A stretch of DNA of 63,086 nucleotides. Source: an uncultured Gammaproteobacteria bacterium (GTDB lineage Bacteria > Patescibacteriota > Patescibacteriia > CAZBFB01). Of the stretch, positions 17,182-27,357 are shown in pieces. The number at the start of each line of letters is the position of its first letter. The stretch's first letter is position 1. The stretch spans positions 1-63,086 of the forward strand of contig CAZBFB010000046.1 in assembly GCA_964491085.1 (NCBI GenBank), written 5' to 3'. The notes beneath the pieces are model-generated. The model made no database searches and was not told the origin of the DNA. It was given only the letters and a program-made list of their open reading frames with translations. The translations under genes and the position numbers were made by a program.

Positions 17182-17910
17182 ATGCACGCAGTAATTTTGT
17201 GTGGCGGGAAAGGTACCCGTTTACGGGAATACACGGAAACAATCCCTAAACCACTGGTGGAAATTGGGGGCAAACCAATTATTTGGCATCTCATGAAATA
17301 TTACGCCCATTTTGGTGTGCGTGATTTTATTATTTGTACCGGGTATTTGCCAGACAAGTTTACGGAGTATTTTTCTCAACCCCATGAATTTCATAGTGTT
17401 ACTTGTATCAATACCGGCGTGGATACTTTGAAAAGTCAGCGCATCAAACAAATTCAGCCGCTCATTCCAGCCGGTCAGGATTTTTTTGTGGCCTATGGTG
17501 ATGATCTATCTGATGTGCCACTGCCGGAGTTACTTGATTTTCATAGCCACCATGATACGATAGCAACTTTGGTGGCAGTACAGCCCAAGAGTCAATATGG
17601 TATATTACAATTTTCAGGGCCAAAGGTTGGTAAATTTATAGAAAAACCAGTGCTGGAGCACTGGATGAATGGCGGATTTTTTATATTTAAATACGAAATA
17701 TTTAATCATTTGCACTATGGAGAATTGGAACAGGTAGTTTTGCCGAAATTGGCAGAAACAGGACAGGTGGCGGCTTATCGGCACAGCGGATTTTGGAAAT
17801 CAATGAATACGTTTCAGGACGCTCTTGAATTAAATGAGCTTCATGCTAATAATCAAGCGGCTTGGAAGATATGGGACAATTCCTATGAACATCAATTTTT
17901 GGCAAAATAA
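17182..17910 (+). CDS. rfbF: Glucose-1-phosphate cytidylyltransferase
   Basis: AVILCGGKGTRLREYTETIPKPLVEIGGKPIIWH N-terminus and the GGFFIF motif. Confidence 0.85.
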   Translation: MHAVILCGGKGTRLREYTETIPKPLVEIGGKPIIWHLMKYYAHFGVRDFIICTGYLPDKFTEYFSQPHEFHSVTCINTGVDTLKSQRIKQIQPLIPAGQDFFVAYGDDLSDVPLPELLDFHSHHDTIATLVAVQPKSQYGILQFSGPKVGKFIEKPVLEHWMNGGFFIFKYEIFNHLHYGELEQVVLPKLAETGQVAAYRHSGFWKSMNTFQDALELNELHANNQAAWKIWDNSYEHQFLAK

Positions 17911-18859
17911 AAATGTGCTGGTGACTGGCGGTACCGGATTTGTGGGAGCGGCGGCGGCCGAAGCGCTTGTTAACGCCGGCGCGCACACCGTTATCTTGGA
18001 ACGCGATCAGCCGCAGGCCAATGTGGCTAATGCGCGCGGATTGCGAGAGCGAGCGACATTTGTACGCGGAGATTTGACCGACCCCGGTCTTTTTCCGCGC
18101 ATTATTAATGAGTACTCGATAGATACTGTATTCCATATTGCCGCGCAGGCCATCGTGGGCGTAGCCAATCGTTCACCGCTGGCTACATTCGAATCAAATA
18201 TTCGGGGGACCTGGAACCTGCTTGAAGCGTGTCGTACGTCATCCTCAATAAAAAGAGTGGTAGTGGCTTCCTCTGACAAGGCCTATGGGGAACCAAAGTT
18301 CGTTCCCTATACCGAGGAGCATCCTTTGTTAGGACTGTATCCTTATGATGCTTCTAAGGCGTGTACGGATATTTTGGCTCGTTCCTATGCAACCACCTAC
18401 GGTATGCCGGTGGCTGTGACCCGCTGTTCGAATATTTATGGCGGAGGGGACATGAATTTTAATCGCCTGATTCCGGGTCTTATTTTATCTGTATTAAAAG
18501 GAGAAACGCCGATTATTCGTAGTGATGGTACGCCCCAGCGTGATTATATGTATATTGATGATACGGTCGAGGCCTATCTTATCTTGGCCGAGCAACTAGA
18601 GCGGCCGGAGGTGCGTGGGCAAGCGTTTAATTTTGGGGTCGGGACACCTAAGAGTGTGCTGGAATTGTTTGCAGCCATCATTCGTTTGTGCGGGAAGGAA
18701 GTTCAGCTACATATTTTAAATGAAGCCAAGAATGAAATCCAGGTACAGTATTTGTCTAGTGCTAAGGCAGAACGAGTTTTGGGGTGGAAGCCACGGTATG
18801 AATTGGAGGCAGGACTGCTCAAGACCATTGAGTGGTATAAACAGTATTTGCTTAAGTAA
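17885..18859 (+). CDS. rfbG: CDP-glucose 4,6-dehydratase, module 2
   Basis: MNINFWQNKNVLVTGGTGFVG, SSDKAYG, YPYDASK. The start is taken at ATG 17885, which overlaps the rfbF end by 26 nt. Confidence 0.75.
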   Translation: MNINFWQNKNVLVTGGTGFVGAAAAEALVNAGAHTVILERDQPQANVANARGLRERATFVRGDLTDPGLFPRIINEYSIDTVFHIAAQAIVGVANRSPLATFESNIRGTWNLLEACRTSSSIKRVVVASSDKAYGEPKFVPYTEEHPLLGLYPYDASKACTDILARSYATTYGMPVAVTRCSNIYGGGDMNFNRLIPGLILSVLKGETPIIRSDGTPQRDYMYIDDTVEAYLILAEQLERPEVRGQAFNFGVGTPKSVLELFAAIIRLCGKEVQLHILNEAKNEIQVQYLSSAKAERVLGWKPRYELEAGLLKTIEWYKQYLLK

Positions 18860-18872
18860 TCATTACTACCAT

Positions 18873-20087
18873 ATGCCAACGCGGAAAAAAATTGATCAAC
18901 AAATCGGTGTGGGGTCGGCTCAGATTAGTGATCGCGAAAAACAGTATGTCAATGAAGTATTGAATAGTAATCGTCTTTCGCACGGGAAATTTTTGAGTGC
19001 GTTCGAATCACAATTTAGTGAGCTGCATGGTTGCAAATATGCCATGATGATGAACAGCGGGACCAGCGCGCTGCGTGTGGCCATCGCTTGCTTAAAAGAA
19101 TGCGAAGATTGGCAGGACGGTGATGAGGTGCTGGTTCCGGCTATTACTTTTGTGGCCACTTCTAATGTTGTCATTGACCATGGATTGAGACCGGTTTTTG
19201 TAGACGTTGATTCTCGTACTTATAATATTGACCCGGCAAAAATTGAAGAGAAGATAACGAAGCGTACCCGCGCTATCATGCCGGTGCATCTGTTTGGACA
19301 GCCCTGCGCTATGGATCCGATTATGGAAATTGCCCGTCGCCATAATCTTAAGGTGATTGAGGATTCGTGCGAGACGATGTTTGTTAAGTATAGAGGGAAA
19401 CCGGTTGGCAGTTTTGGCGATATTTCCTGTTTTTCAACTTATGTGGCGCACCTGCTGGTAACTGGTGTTGGTGGACTTGCTCTGACAAACAATGATGAGT
19501 ATGCGGTAGTAATTAAAAGTTTAATGAATCACGGTCGCGATACGATCTATCTGCATATCGATGATGAAAAAAATCTTGATAAACAAGTATTTTTTCAATT
19601 AGTGCAACGGCGTTTCCGCTTTGTGCGTTTGGGGTACAGTTTTCGCGCTACTGAAATGGAAGGCGCCTTGGGTCTGGGACAGCTTGAAATCAAAGATAGC
19701 ATTCTTAAAACTCGGCAAGAAAATGCGCGTTATTTTATTGAGCGACTGAAACCGTATGAACGCTACTTGCAGTTACCTTGGCATCCCGAGGACGTAGAGC
19801 ATGCTTTTATGATGTTTCCGATTGTAGTGCGTGCCGGTGCGCCCTTTACCAAACAAGACCTGATTTTTTTCTTGGAAGAGAACAATATTGAAACTCGAGA
19901 CATGTTGCCACTTTTGAATCAACCCATCTACATCAAACTTTTTGGCGCGCTGGAAGATAAGTATCCGGTTGCCAAATGGATTAATAATAATGGTTTTTAT
20001 ATTGGTTCTCATCAGGGACTGTCTCCAGCAGAGCGTGAGTATATCATCGCCACCTTTATAGAATTTTTACATCATTATGACAGCTAA
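18873..20087 (+). CDS. DegT/DnrJ/EryC1-family enzyme with His at the catalytic Lys position, module 2
   Basis: MMNSGTSAL and EDSCE motifs; [14 protein letters not shown] (His in place of Lys). The start is taken at ATG 18873 (MPTRKK). Confidence 0.7.
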   Translation: MPTRKKIDQQIGVGSAQISDREKQYVNEVLNSNRLSHGKFLSAFESQFSELHGCKYAMMMNSGTSALRVAIACLKECEDWQDGDEVLVPAITFVATSNVVIDHGLRPVFVDVDSRTYNIDPAKIEEKITKRTRAIMPVHLFGQPCAMDPIMEIARRHNLKVIEDSCETMFVKYRGKPVGSFGDISCFSTYVAHLLVTGVGGLALTNNDEYAVVIKSLMNHGRDTIYLHIDDEKNLDKQVFFQLVQRRFRFVRLGYSFRATEMEGALGLGQLEIKDSILKTRQENARYFIERLKPYERYLQLPWHPEDVEHAFMMFPIVVRAGAPFTKQDLIFFLEENNIETRDMLPLLNQPIYIKLFGALEDKYPVAKWINNNGFYIGSHQGLSPAEREYIIATFIEFLHHYDS

Positions 20088-21138
20088 CGGAAAAAAAATA
20101 GCGCTCATTACCGGCATCACCGGTCAAGACGGTTCTTATTTGGCTGAATTATTATTGTCGAAAGGTTATCAAGTTAATGGTATTATTAGGCGTTCCAGCT
20201 CATTCAATACGGGTCGGATTGATCATATTTTTCAAGACCCCCACGAACAGGATTATCAATTCCGGCTATGGTATGGAGATTTAGCCGATAGTGGCGCCGT
20301 GATAAAATTATTAGCCAAAACACAACCTGATGAAATTTATAATTTAGCCGCCCAGAGTCATGTGCGGGTTTCGTTTGAAATTCCCGAATATACCGCCAAT
20401 ATTGTGGGACTAGGGACACTTCGTTTACTTGATGCGGTGCATAGTTTGGGTTTGTCAACGAAATTTTACCAAGGATCATCCAGTGAGATGTTTGGCGCAA
20501 CGCCACCCCCGCAAAAAGAGGATTCAATGTTTTTGCCGAGAAGCCCCTACGCGGCGGCGAAGGTGTTTGCTCACCATATGGCTATTAATTATCGTGAAGC
20601 ATACGGCATATTTTCTTGTGCCGGTATTTTATTTAATCACGAAAGTCCGCGGCGAGGTGAAACATTTGTCACAAAAAAAATTACGCGTGCTATTGCGAAA
20701 ATTTTGGCGAAACGGCAGGAGAAACTTTATTTGGGAAATCTTGAGGCGCGCCGTGACTGGGGGTATGCTCCCGAGTATGTGGAAGGAATGTGGCGTATGT
20801 TGCAGCAAGATAAACCAGACGATTATGTGCTTGCAACCGGTGAAGCGCATTCGGTGCAGGAATTTCTGGAGGCGGCCTTTACCGCTGTCGGGCTTGACTG
20901 GAGGATGTATGTAGAAGTTGATCAACGCTATTTCCGTCCGACGGAAGTAGAACATTTAATTGGTAATCCGCGGAAGGCAAAGGAGGTACTCGGGTGGTCG
21001 GCTAAGGTAACATTTAAAGATCTTGTGCAAATCATGTTGATTGATGATCTTAAAAAAGAGGGACTGGATCCCACGATCTACGAACTTCCCGGGCAACACC
21101 CCTTGGCTTCGCGGTTGCACGAGTTAGTGATTTCTTAG
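20077..21138 (+). CDS. gmd: GDP-mannose 4,6-dehydratase (copy 2)
   Basis: [54 protein letters not shown]. Confidence 0.9.
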   Translation: MTANGKKIALITGITGQDGSYLAELLLSKGYQVNGIIRRSSSFNTGRIDHIFQDPHEQDYQFRLWYGDLADSGAVIKLLAKTQPDEIYNLAAQSHVRVSFEIPEYTANIVGLGTLRLLDAVHSLGLSTKFYQGSSSEMFGATPPPQKEDSMFLPRSPYAAAKVFAHHMAINYREAYGIFSCAGILFNHESPRRGETFVTKKITRAIAKILAKRQEKLYLGNLEARRDWGYAPEYVEGMWRMLQQDKPDDYVLATGEAHSVQEFLEAAFTAVGLDWRMYVEVDQRYFRPTEVEHLIGNPRKAKEVLGWSAKVTFKDLVQIMLIDDLKKEGLDPTIYELPGQHPLASRLHELVIS

Positions 21139-21158
21139 TGCGCGGTTAGTATATAGGT

Positions 21159-22145
21159 ATGTCTACATTTTGGAATAATAAACGAGTATTGGTAACCGGC
21201 GGCGCGGGTTTTATTGGTAGTCATTTAGTGGAACTACTGCTGGCACAGGGTGCACGGGTGCGCGTGCCGGTGCGCACCAGCAATAAGCTCCATTCTTTTC
21301 TTGACGGTGTACATAATCAAGTTGAGTTCATGGCGGCTGATTTGTTGCGGTCTGAAGATTGCGTTCGGGTGTGTCAAGATCAAGACATCGTCATGCAACT
21401 GGCGGCTAAAGTGGGGGGGATAGAATATAATATTGCTCATCCCGGTTCAATTTTTCGAGATAATTTGTTGTTGTATATGAATGTGCTTGAAGCGGCGCGA
21501 GCGGCGGCTGTGGAGCGGTTTCTGGTTGTTAGTTCGGCTTGCGTGTATCCTCGTTTTTGTACGATCCCCACCCCGGAAGAAGAAGGATTTAACGAGCGTC
21601 CGGAACCCACCAACGAAGGATATGGCTGGGCAAAACGCATGGAAGAATTTCTGGCGGAAGCTTATCATCGTGAATATGGAATGAAGCTGGCGATTGCGCG
21701 TCCTTATAATGCCTATGGTCCGCGGGATAATTTTGACCCGGCTTCCTCGCACGTTATTCCAGCGCTTATCCGCCGTATTGTGGCGGGGGAAAATCCACTT
21801 CAGGTGTGGGGTTCAGGCAAGCAAAGCCGTTCGTTTTTATATGTGGAAGATTTTGCGCGCGGTCTTATGGAGATTGCTGAAAAGTATGCCATCGCTGATC
21901 CAATCAATCTCGGCGCCGATGAGGAAATCACCATAGCGGAAACCGTCAAGCTGATTTCCGAGATTTCCGGTATTCGTCCGGCGGTTCATTTTGACACTTC
22001 AAAACCAGAAGGTCAGCCGCGGCGGAAGTGTAACACGAGAAAAGCCAAGGAAAAAATTGGATTTGAAGCCCAGGTATCTTTGCGTGATGGTCTTAAAAAA
22101 ACAATTAATTGGTATATTAATGAACAGCGAATCTCTAAAAGCTAA
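21159..22145 (+). CDS. NAD-dependent epimerase/reductase (extended SDR), possibly a GDP-4-keto-6-deoxyhexose reductase/epimerase
   Basis: VLVTGGAGFIGSHL and YGWAKRMEE (YxxxK). It lies immediately downstream of gmd. Confidence 0.65.
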   Translation: MSTFWNNKRVLVTGGAGFIGSHLVELLLAQGARVRVPVRTSNKLHSFLDGVHNQVEFMAADLLRSEDCVRVCQDQDIVMQLAAKVGGIEYNIAHPGSIFRDNLLLYMNVLEAARAAAVERFLVVSSACVYPRFCTIPTPEEEGFNERPEPTNEGYGWAKRMEEFLAEAYHREYGMKLAIARPYNAYGPRDNFDPASSHVIPALIRRIVAGENPLQVWGSGKQSRSFLYVEDFARGLMEIAEKYAIADPINLGADEEITIAETVKLISEISGIRPAVHFDTSKPEGQPRRKCNTRKAKEKIGFEAQVSLRDGLKKTINWYINEQRISKS

Positions 22146-23280
22146 GCGCATAGTGATAGCCAGTCGCTTTCGTACAACGGTACCAGTGATGAATCTATGT
22201 GATTTTGTTAAAGACAGATCCATCGAGTGTATTCTCATTTTGCACCCTTTTTCATTTAACACTGCAGTAGGATCTCGCTACAAACATTACCGACAAGGAG
22301 TGATGGTTGATAATAAGACGATCATGTACTCACGGCAGAGCCATGAATTGCTGTTGTACCTAAAAACTTTATGGCAAACATGGCAATGGTTATTTAAAAA
22401 GAAAGCAGACATTTTTATTGGTTTGGGAGTGCTTGATGCGTTTAGTGGTATTGTGTTAAAAAAAATAGGACGGGTTGATCAAGTAATTTTTTATTCGCTT
22501 GATTTTTCGCCTCGACGTTTTCGCGGGCGTGGGCTTAATACCATATATAATTGGCTTGAGCGATGGGTTGTTATCCAGACGGATTTTGTCTGGAACCTTT
22601 CTCCGCTAATGGTTTCCGCGCGCGAGCAATTTCGCGGTGTTCCTCCGTCGTATCGCGCGAAGCAAATTATCGTGCCGATTGGCGTTGATACCGGCGCAGT
22701 ACATTATGGCATCGACGGTATTGAACGCTATCAGCTTTGTTATGCTGGGCATTTGCGCGCTGGTCAGGGGGTAGATTTTTTATTGCGTCTACTCCCACGA
22801 ATTATTGAACGGGTTCCAGAGACTACGTTACTTCTTATCGGAGGAGGAGATAAGGAAGAATCACTGCGTACATTTGCACAAGAACTAGGTATCGCCGAGC
22901 AGGTTCGTTTTACTGGATTTATGGAGAATCAAAAAGAAATGGAAGAATGTATTGCCCGGAGTGTCATTGCACTTGCTCCGTATGTCGACGATCCATTAAA
23001 TTTGACACGCTATACCGATCCCGGAAAACCAAAAGCATACTTGGCGGCCGGTGTTCCGGTAATAATGACCGACATAGTCGCCATCGCTGGGATTATTGAA
23101 ACACGACGCTGTGGCTTCTCCGTTCCTTATCAGGAAACTGCCTTTGTGGAGAAGATTGTACAACTGTTGATGGATGAACAATTATTGCGGGAGTATAAGG
23201 ACAATGCCCGTTGTTTGGCAGAAGAATTTGATTGGGAGCGTATATTTAAACAAGGGTTCATGGCGGCCGGTTTTTATTAA
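22120..23280 (+). CDS. GT4-like glycosyltransferase (paralog of 32952..34121)
   Basis: LLLIGGGDKEESLR..., RFTGFM, DPGKPKAYLAAGVPVIMTD. The start is taken at ATG 22120 (MNSESL). Confidence 0.65.
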   Translation: MNSESLKAKRIVIASRFRTTVPVMNLCDFVKDRSIECILILHPFSFNTAVGSRYKHYRQGVMVDNKTIMYSRQSHELLLYLKTLWQTWQWLFKKKADIFIGLGVLDAFSGIVLKKIGRVDQVIFYSLDFSPRRFRGRGLNTIYNWLERWVVIQTDFVWNLSPLMVSAREQFRGVPPSYRAKQIIVPIGVDTGAVHYGIDGIERYQLCYAGHLRAGQGVDFLLRLLPRIIERVPETTLLLIGGGDKEESLRTFAQELGIAEQVRFTGFMENQKEMEECIARSVIALAPYVDDPLNLTRYTDPGKPKAYLAAGVPVIMTDIVAIAGIIETRRCGFSVPYQETAFVEKIVQLLMDEQLLREYKDNARCLAEEFDWERIFKQGFMAAGFY

Positions 23281-23384
23281 ATGACACCAGGCGTCATTGT
23301 TTATATAAAAATATCCTTAGTATATCCACTTGCCAGGTAGGATTACTTGGGATAGGATTTAATTCAACTTAAAGAAAAAATTAT

Positions 23385-24005
23385 ATGAAAAAACTGATTA
23401 TTTCTCCCCATGTAGATGATGAAGTTTTGGCTTGTGGTGGCATTCTTGATAAGGAGTCATTTGTCTATTATTGCAGTATTGATGAAAGTAAGGTGGCACC
23501 TGATCCGGGGCATCGTCTAGCGGTTCCCGATCGAGAGAAAGAGTTGCGGGATTGCGCTAGTTATCTTCAATTTGATGTGGAAATTAACTATGCCAGCAAG
23601 GTTAATTTTTTAGTGGAGCAGGAAGTGTTGACCAATCTTGAGCGATTGATTAATAGCGTTCGTCCGGAGGCAATTTTTATACCGCATCCCGGATACAATC
23701 AGGATCACCGCACGGTATTTAGTGCGGCGCAAATTGCCTTACGGCCGCATGATAAGAATTTTTTTGTAAAAAAAGTACTGATCTATGAGGGCGTGCACGA
23801 TTTTTTTTGGTCGTATGATATATTTCGGCCTAATTATTTTGTACCGATTGATATTGAGCGTAAATTAAAAGCGTACGCACTTCAACCATCACAAGTTCGG
23901 GGGATGCGCAGTCCTGAGATGTTGCGTGATTTGGCGCGTTTACGCGGCGCCATGAGTAATACGGAATACGCGGAAGCTTTTTCAGTTTTACGCTGGGTAG
24001 AATAA
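23385..24005 (+). CDS. PIG-L / LmbE-family N-acetylglucosaminyl deacetylase
   Basis: LIISPHVDDEVLACGG zinc-binding signature and a later HPGYNQDH. Confidence 0.8.
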   Translation: MKKLIISPHVDDEVLACGGILDKESFVYYCSIDESKVAPDPGHRLAVPDREKELRDCASYLQFDVEINYASKVNFLVEQEVLTNLERLINSVRPEAIFIPHPGYNQDHRTVFSAAQIALRPHDKNFFVKKVLIYEGVHDFFWSYDIFRPNYFVPIDIERKLKAYALQPSQVRGMRSPEMLRDLARLRGAMSNTEYAEAFSVLRWVE

Positions 24006-24035
24006 TCTTGAGAAACCATACAGCAAATAAAATAT

Positions 24036-24986
24036 ATGAAACATATCTTAGTGGTGGGCGGAGCGGGGTATTTGGGCGGGGGGGTAACTGATTTATTAAT
24101 GCATCGTCCGGATTGTGATTTCCGGGTGTATGATAATTTGTTGTATGAAGATTCCTATCGCAAGGATGTTCATTTTATTTATGGCGATGTGCGGGATGAG
24201 AATAAATTATTACCGCATCTGCAGTGGGCTGACTGTGTCATTTGGCTCGCGGCGATCGTAGGCGACGGCGCCTGCACACTTGATCCTGACTTAACGGTGC
24301 AGATAAATCAAAATACAGTCAAGTGGCTGACGGAACATTTTGCTGGTCGGATTATTTTTACTTCTACTTGTAGCGTTTATGGCGCGCAAGCGGGCGAGCT
24401 TGAAGAACAGTCAGTGGTAAATCCTCTCTCGCTTTATGCCGGTACCAAACTAAAAGCCGAAGAATATTTGGCAGACAAAAATGCCTTGACCTTTCGGTTG
24501 GGTACGCTGTTTGGTGTGAGCGACCTGTTTTCGCGTATACGCATGGATTTGGTGGTGAATCTTATGACCGTACGGGCGCATAAGCTGGGAAAAATTAGTG
24601 TATTCGGCGGAGAACAATTCCGGCCGGTACTGAATGTTAAAGACGCGGCGCGAGCCATTGTTGATGCAATTGAATCGCCGCACATCGGGGTCTACAACTT
24701 GCTCAAACAGAATATACGGATGATTGATTTGGCGTATCAAATTCGCATGCATTATCCCGATATTGAGATTGAACGAACCGAAACACCGTTTCAAGATACG
24801 CGTAATTATCGTGTATCATGGGAAAAAGCTAAGAATGTGTTGGGGTTTGTACCGAAACATCCCATTGACAGCGGGATTGAGGATTTGAAGAATTTATTGG
24901 ATAATTCACGCGTAAAAAATCTTGACCATTTACGACACTCTAATCATCTTTTTTTAAAGGAATTATTGACAAAAAAGAGCGAATAA
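24036..24986 (+). CDS. NAD-dependent epimerase/dehydratase (extended SDR)
   Basis: ILVVGGAGYLGG, STCSVYG, SLYAGTK. Confidence 0.75.
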   Translation: MKHILVVGGAGYLGGGVTDLLMHRPDCDFRVYDNLLYEDSYRKDVHFIYGDVRDENKLLPHLQWADCVIWLAAIVGDGACTLDPDLTVQINQNTVKWLTEHFAGRIIFTSTCSVYGAQAGELEEQSVVNPLSLYAGTKLKAEEYLADKNALTFRLGTLFGVSDLFSRIRMDLVVNLMTVRAHKLGKISVFGGEQFRPVLNVKDAARAIVDAIESPHIGVYNLLKQNIRMIDLAYQIRMHYPDIEIERTETPFQDTRNYRVSWEKAKNVLGFVPKHPIDSGIEDLKNLLDNSRVKNLDHLRHSNHLFLKELLTKKSE

Positions 24987-24998
24987 ATTAACTGATAA

Positions 24999-25451
24999 AT
25001 GGAATATAAAATGCCGTTCATTATTCAGGGAGCAGTGGCGGTTGACGATCGTGGCACGGTGCGCTTCGTCAATGATTTTGATTTAAGCCAGGTGAAACGT
25101 TGTTATTTGGTTGATAATTTTTCGGTTGATATGATACGCGCTTTTCATGGTCATCAGCGCGAGGCAAAATATGTGTATGTGGTTTCCGGATCGGCAATTG
25201 TGGCGGCCGTTGAGATGGATGATGTGCACACCCCCAGCAAAACGAATACAGTGCAACGCTTTGTTTTATCAGCCCAAAAACCAACCGTACTATGCATACC
25301 ACCCGGCTACGCCAACGGATTTAAGCCCCTGGAGTCAGGCACAAAAATTATGTTTTTTTCTTCGGCCGGACTTAAGGAATCAGAAGGAGATGATTATCGT
25401 TTTCCCGCTGACTATTGGGGAAGCGAGGTGTGGGCAGTTGAAAATCGTTAA
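24999..25451 (+). CDS. RmlC-like cupin (sugar epimerase / ketoisomerase-like)
   Basis: 150 aa. DDRGTVRFVN, RAFHGHQREAKYVYVVSG and PPGYANGF form a cupin pattern. Confidence 0.5.
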   Translation: MEYKMPFIIQGAVAVDDRGTVRFVNDFDLSQVKRCYLVDNFSVDMIRAFHGHQREAKYVYVVSGSAIVAAVEMDDVHTPSKTNTVQRFVLSAQKPTVLCIPPGYANGFKPLESGTKIMFFSSAGLKESEGDDYRFPADYWGSEVWAVENR

Positions 25452-25454
25452 GAT

Positions 25455-26381
25455 ATGAAAAAAGTTCTTGTACTCGGAGCCAGCGGCATGCTTGGATCTA
25501 TGGTAGTTGATTATTGTGTTCACTCTGGCCGTTACGAGCTCGGTGGTACTTTACGCACACCGGAGCCAGCGCTTGCGGCCAAGTACGGTTCGGTGAATTG
25601 GCAAATATTAGATGCAGAACAAACTAGTGTTAATGAGCTTACCGGAATATTGTCGCCATACCGGCCGCATTACATTATCAACTGTATCGGAGTCATTAAG
25701 CCCTATTGTAAGGACAATGATCCGGTTGGTGTAGCCCGAGCAATTGTGGTAAATGCTCATTTTCCACAAGTACTAGCGAATGCCGCACAGGCAATCGGAG
25801 CTCGCGTTATTCAAATTGCTACGGACTGCGTTTACAGTGGTAAAGAAGGAAACTACACAGAAAGTGCTGCGCATGATGCGCTTGATGTGTACGGAAAAAC
25901 GAAAAGTTTGGGAGAGGTGAGAGCCCCGCATGTTTTACATTTACGAACATCCATCATTGGTCCGGAGCGAAAAGGGAAAGTGAGTTTGTTGGAATGGTTC
26001 CTACAGCAAAAAGACGGAGCCGCGCTCCAAGGATTTATGCATCACGAATGGAATGGAATGACCACCTGGCAATTTGCTCAAGTGTGCAATGACATAATCG
26101 ATAAAGGAGATGCGTATTTTGACCAGCTGACGGCGCTCTCATCCGTACATCATGTCATACTGAATACAACCGTTACAAAATATGAATTGCTCGTTGCCAT
26201 GAAAGAGATATTTGGTATTCCAATTACTATTACGCCGGTCGATGCGGTAGGCGCAAAAGTGTTGCGGACACTGGCCAGCGATTATTATGCGATTACTGCT
26301 AGAGATCAAAGATTGCTGTCCTTAACGCAGGCGCTTCATGAATTACGGAACTATATGTCCATGCGAAATTTTTATGAATGA
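25455..26381 (+). CDS. RmlD-like NDP-4-keto-sugar reductase (SDR)
   Basis: VLVLGASGMLGS, IQIATDCVYSG, YGKTKSLGE. Confidence 0.6.
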   Translation: MKKVLVLGASGMLGSMVVDYCVHSGRYELGGTLRTPEPALAAKYGSVNWQILDAEQTSVNELTGILSPYRPHYIINCIGVIKPYCKDNDPVGVARAIVVNAHFPQVLANAAQAIGARVIQIATDCVYSGKEGNYTESAAHDALDVYGKTKSLGEVRAPHVLHLRTSIIGPERKGKVSLLEWFLQQKDGAALQGFMHHEWNGMTTWQFAQVCNDIIDKGDAYFDQLTALSSVHHVILNTTVTKYELLVAMKEIFGIPITITPVDAVGAKVLRTLASDYYAITARDQRLLSLTQALHELRNYMSMRNFYE

Positions 26382-27357
26382 TATGATCTCGGTAATAGTC
26401 GTCAATTATAACGGAAAGCGTTTTTTGGAAAAACTGTTTACTTCTTTGCGCGCGCAAACATACGCAGCCAAAGAAATTATTTGCGTTGACAATGCGTCCA
26501 AAGACGATTCCGTGGATTTTATCAAAACAAGGTTTCCCGAAGTCCGGGTTATACAGGCGGAAAACAAAGGATACGGCACGGCGTGCAACTACGGCGCGCG
26601 CGAGGCGCAAGGGCAGTACGTTGTATTCTTGAACGAGGACATGCATTTTCACCCCGATTTTTTAGCTGATATGGTAACGCGATATCAAGAGATGAAAAAA
26701 AAGGATCCGGCCATAGGGGCGCTTGCGTGTACCGAGTCAAAATATGACACAACTGCTAATTCGGAGGTATTTCCCGGGACGATTGACATGTTCGGGTTTA
26801 TGGCACCCAATCACGGGCACAATATACAAGGCGCTTTTATTCCGGGTTGCCCTTTTTTCATTGCACGCGATCTATTTTTAACAAGCGGTGGATTTTGCGA
26901 GCACATTTTCTTGTATGGCGATGATACTGACCTGTCATGGCGACTCACGATTATGGGAAAGCACAACTATTCTGCGCCGGATATTCATTTATATCATTAC
27001 GAAGGAGGATCAATGGAAGGGTTTCCTCCGCGTAAAATTTTCTACCTTATTTTTGGAACCCTTGTTCCGATATTTAATAACTATTCAACTGCGTTTTTAC
27101 TGTTCTTCCTTCCGCTCAATTTGGTGTTTACGGTAGGCATCATTGCTCCGGCGCTTTTGGTGCTTACCCGGGGGAATATTCGTTATCCGTATGCGGTACT
27201 TAGTGCGGTAGTGGCATTTTTTCGAAAAGTTCCGCGCATGTACTCATTTCGATCTCGCGTGCAGAATCTTAGGAAGATAGGGGACGCGGAATTTTTGCAT
27301 CGCCATTTCTCGTGGATACCGGCGTTAATAGTAAGTAAAGGATATAAACGTTTATGA
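26374..27357 (+). CDS. GT2-family glycosyltransferase with a C-terminal membrane segment
   Basis: ISVIVVNYNGKRFLEKL, VDNASKDDS, FLNEDM, GDDTDLSWR. The start is taken at ATG 26374. Confidence 0.8.
   Translation: MNDMISVIVVNYNGKRFLEKLFTSLRAQTYAAKEIICVDNASKDDSVDFIKTRFPEVRVIQAENKGYGTACNYGAREAQGQYVVFLNEDMHFHPDFLADMVTRYQEMKKKDPAIGALACTESKYDTTANSEVFPGTIDMFGFMAPNHGHNIQGAFIPGCPFFIARDLFLTSGGFCEHIFLYGDDTDLSWRLTIMGKHNYSAPDIHLYHYEGGSMEGFPPRKIFYLIFGTLVPIFNNYSTAFLLFFLPLNLVFTVGIIAPALLVLTRGNIRYPYAVLSAVVAFFRKVPRMYSFRSRVQNLRKIGDAEFLHRHFSWIPALIVSKGYKRL

Noticed and set aside
20429-20914. 161-aa alternative-frame + strand ORF inside gmd copy 2
   Set aside because: It is out of frame with an unambiguous Gmd CDS, and its translation is basic and Cys/Arg-rich with no motifs.
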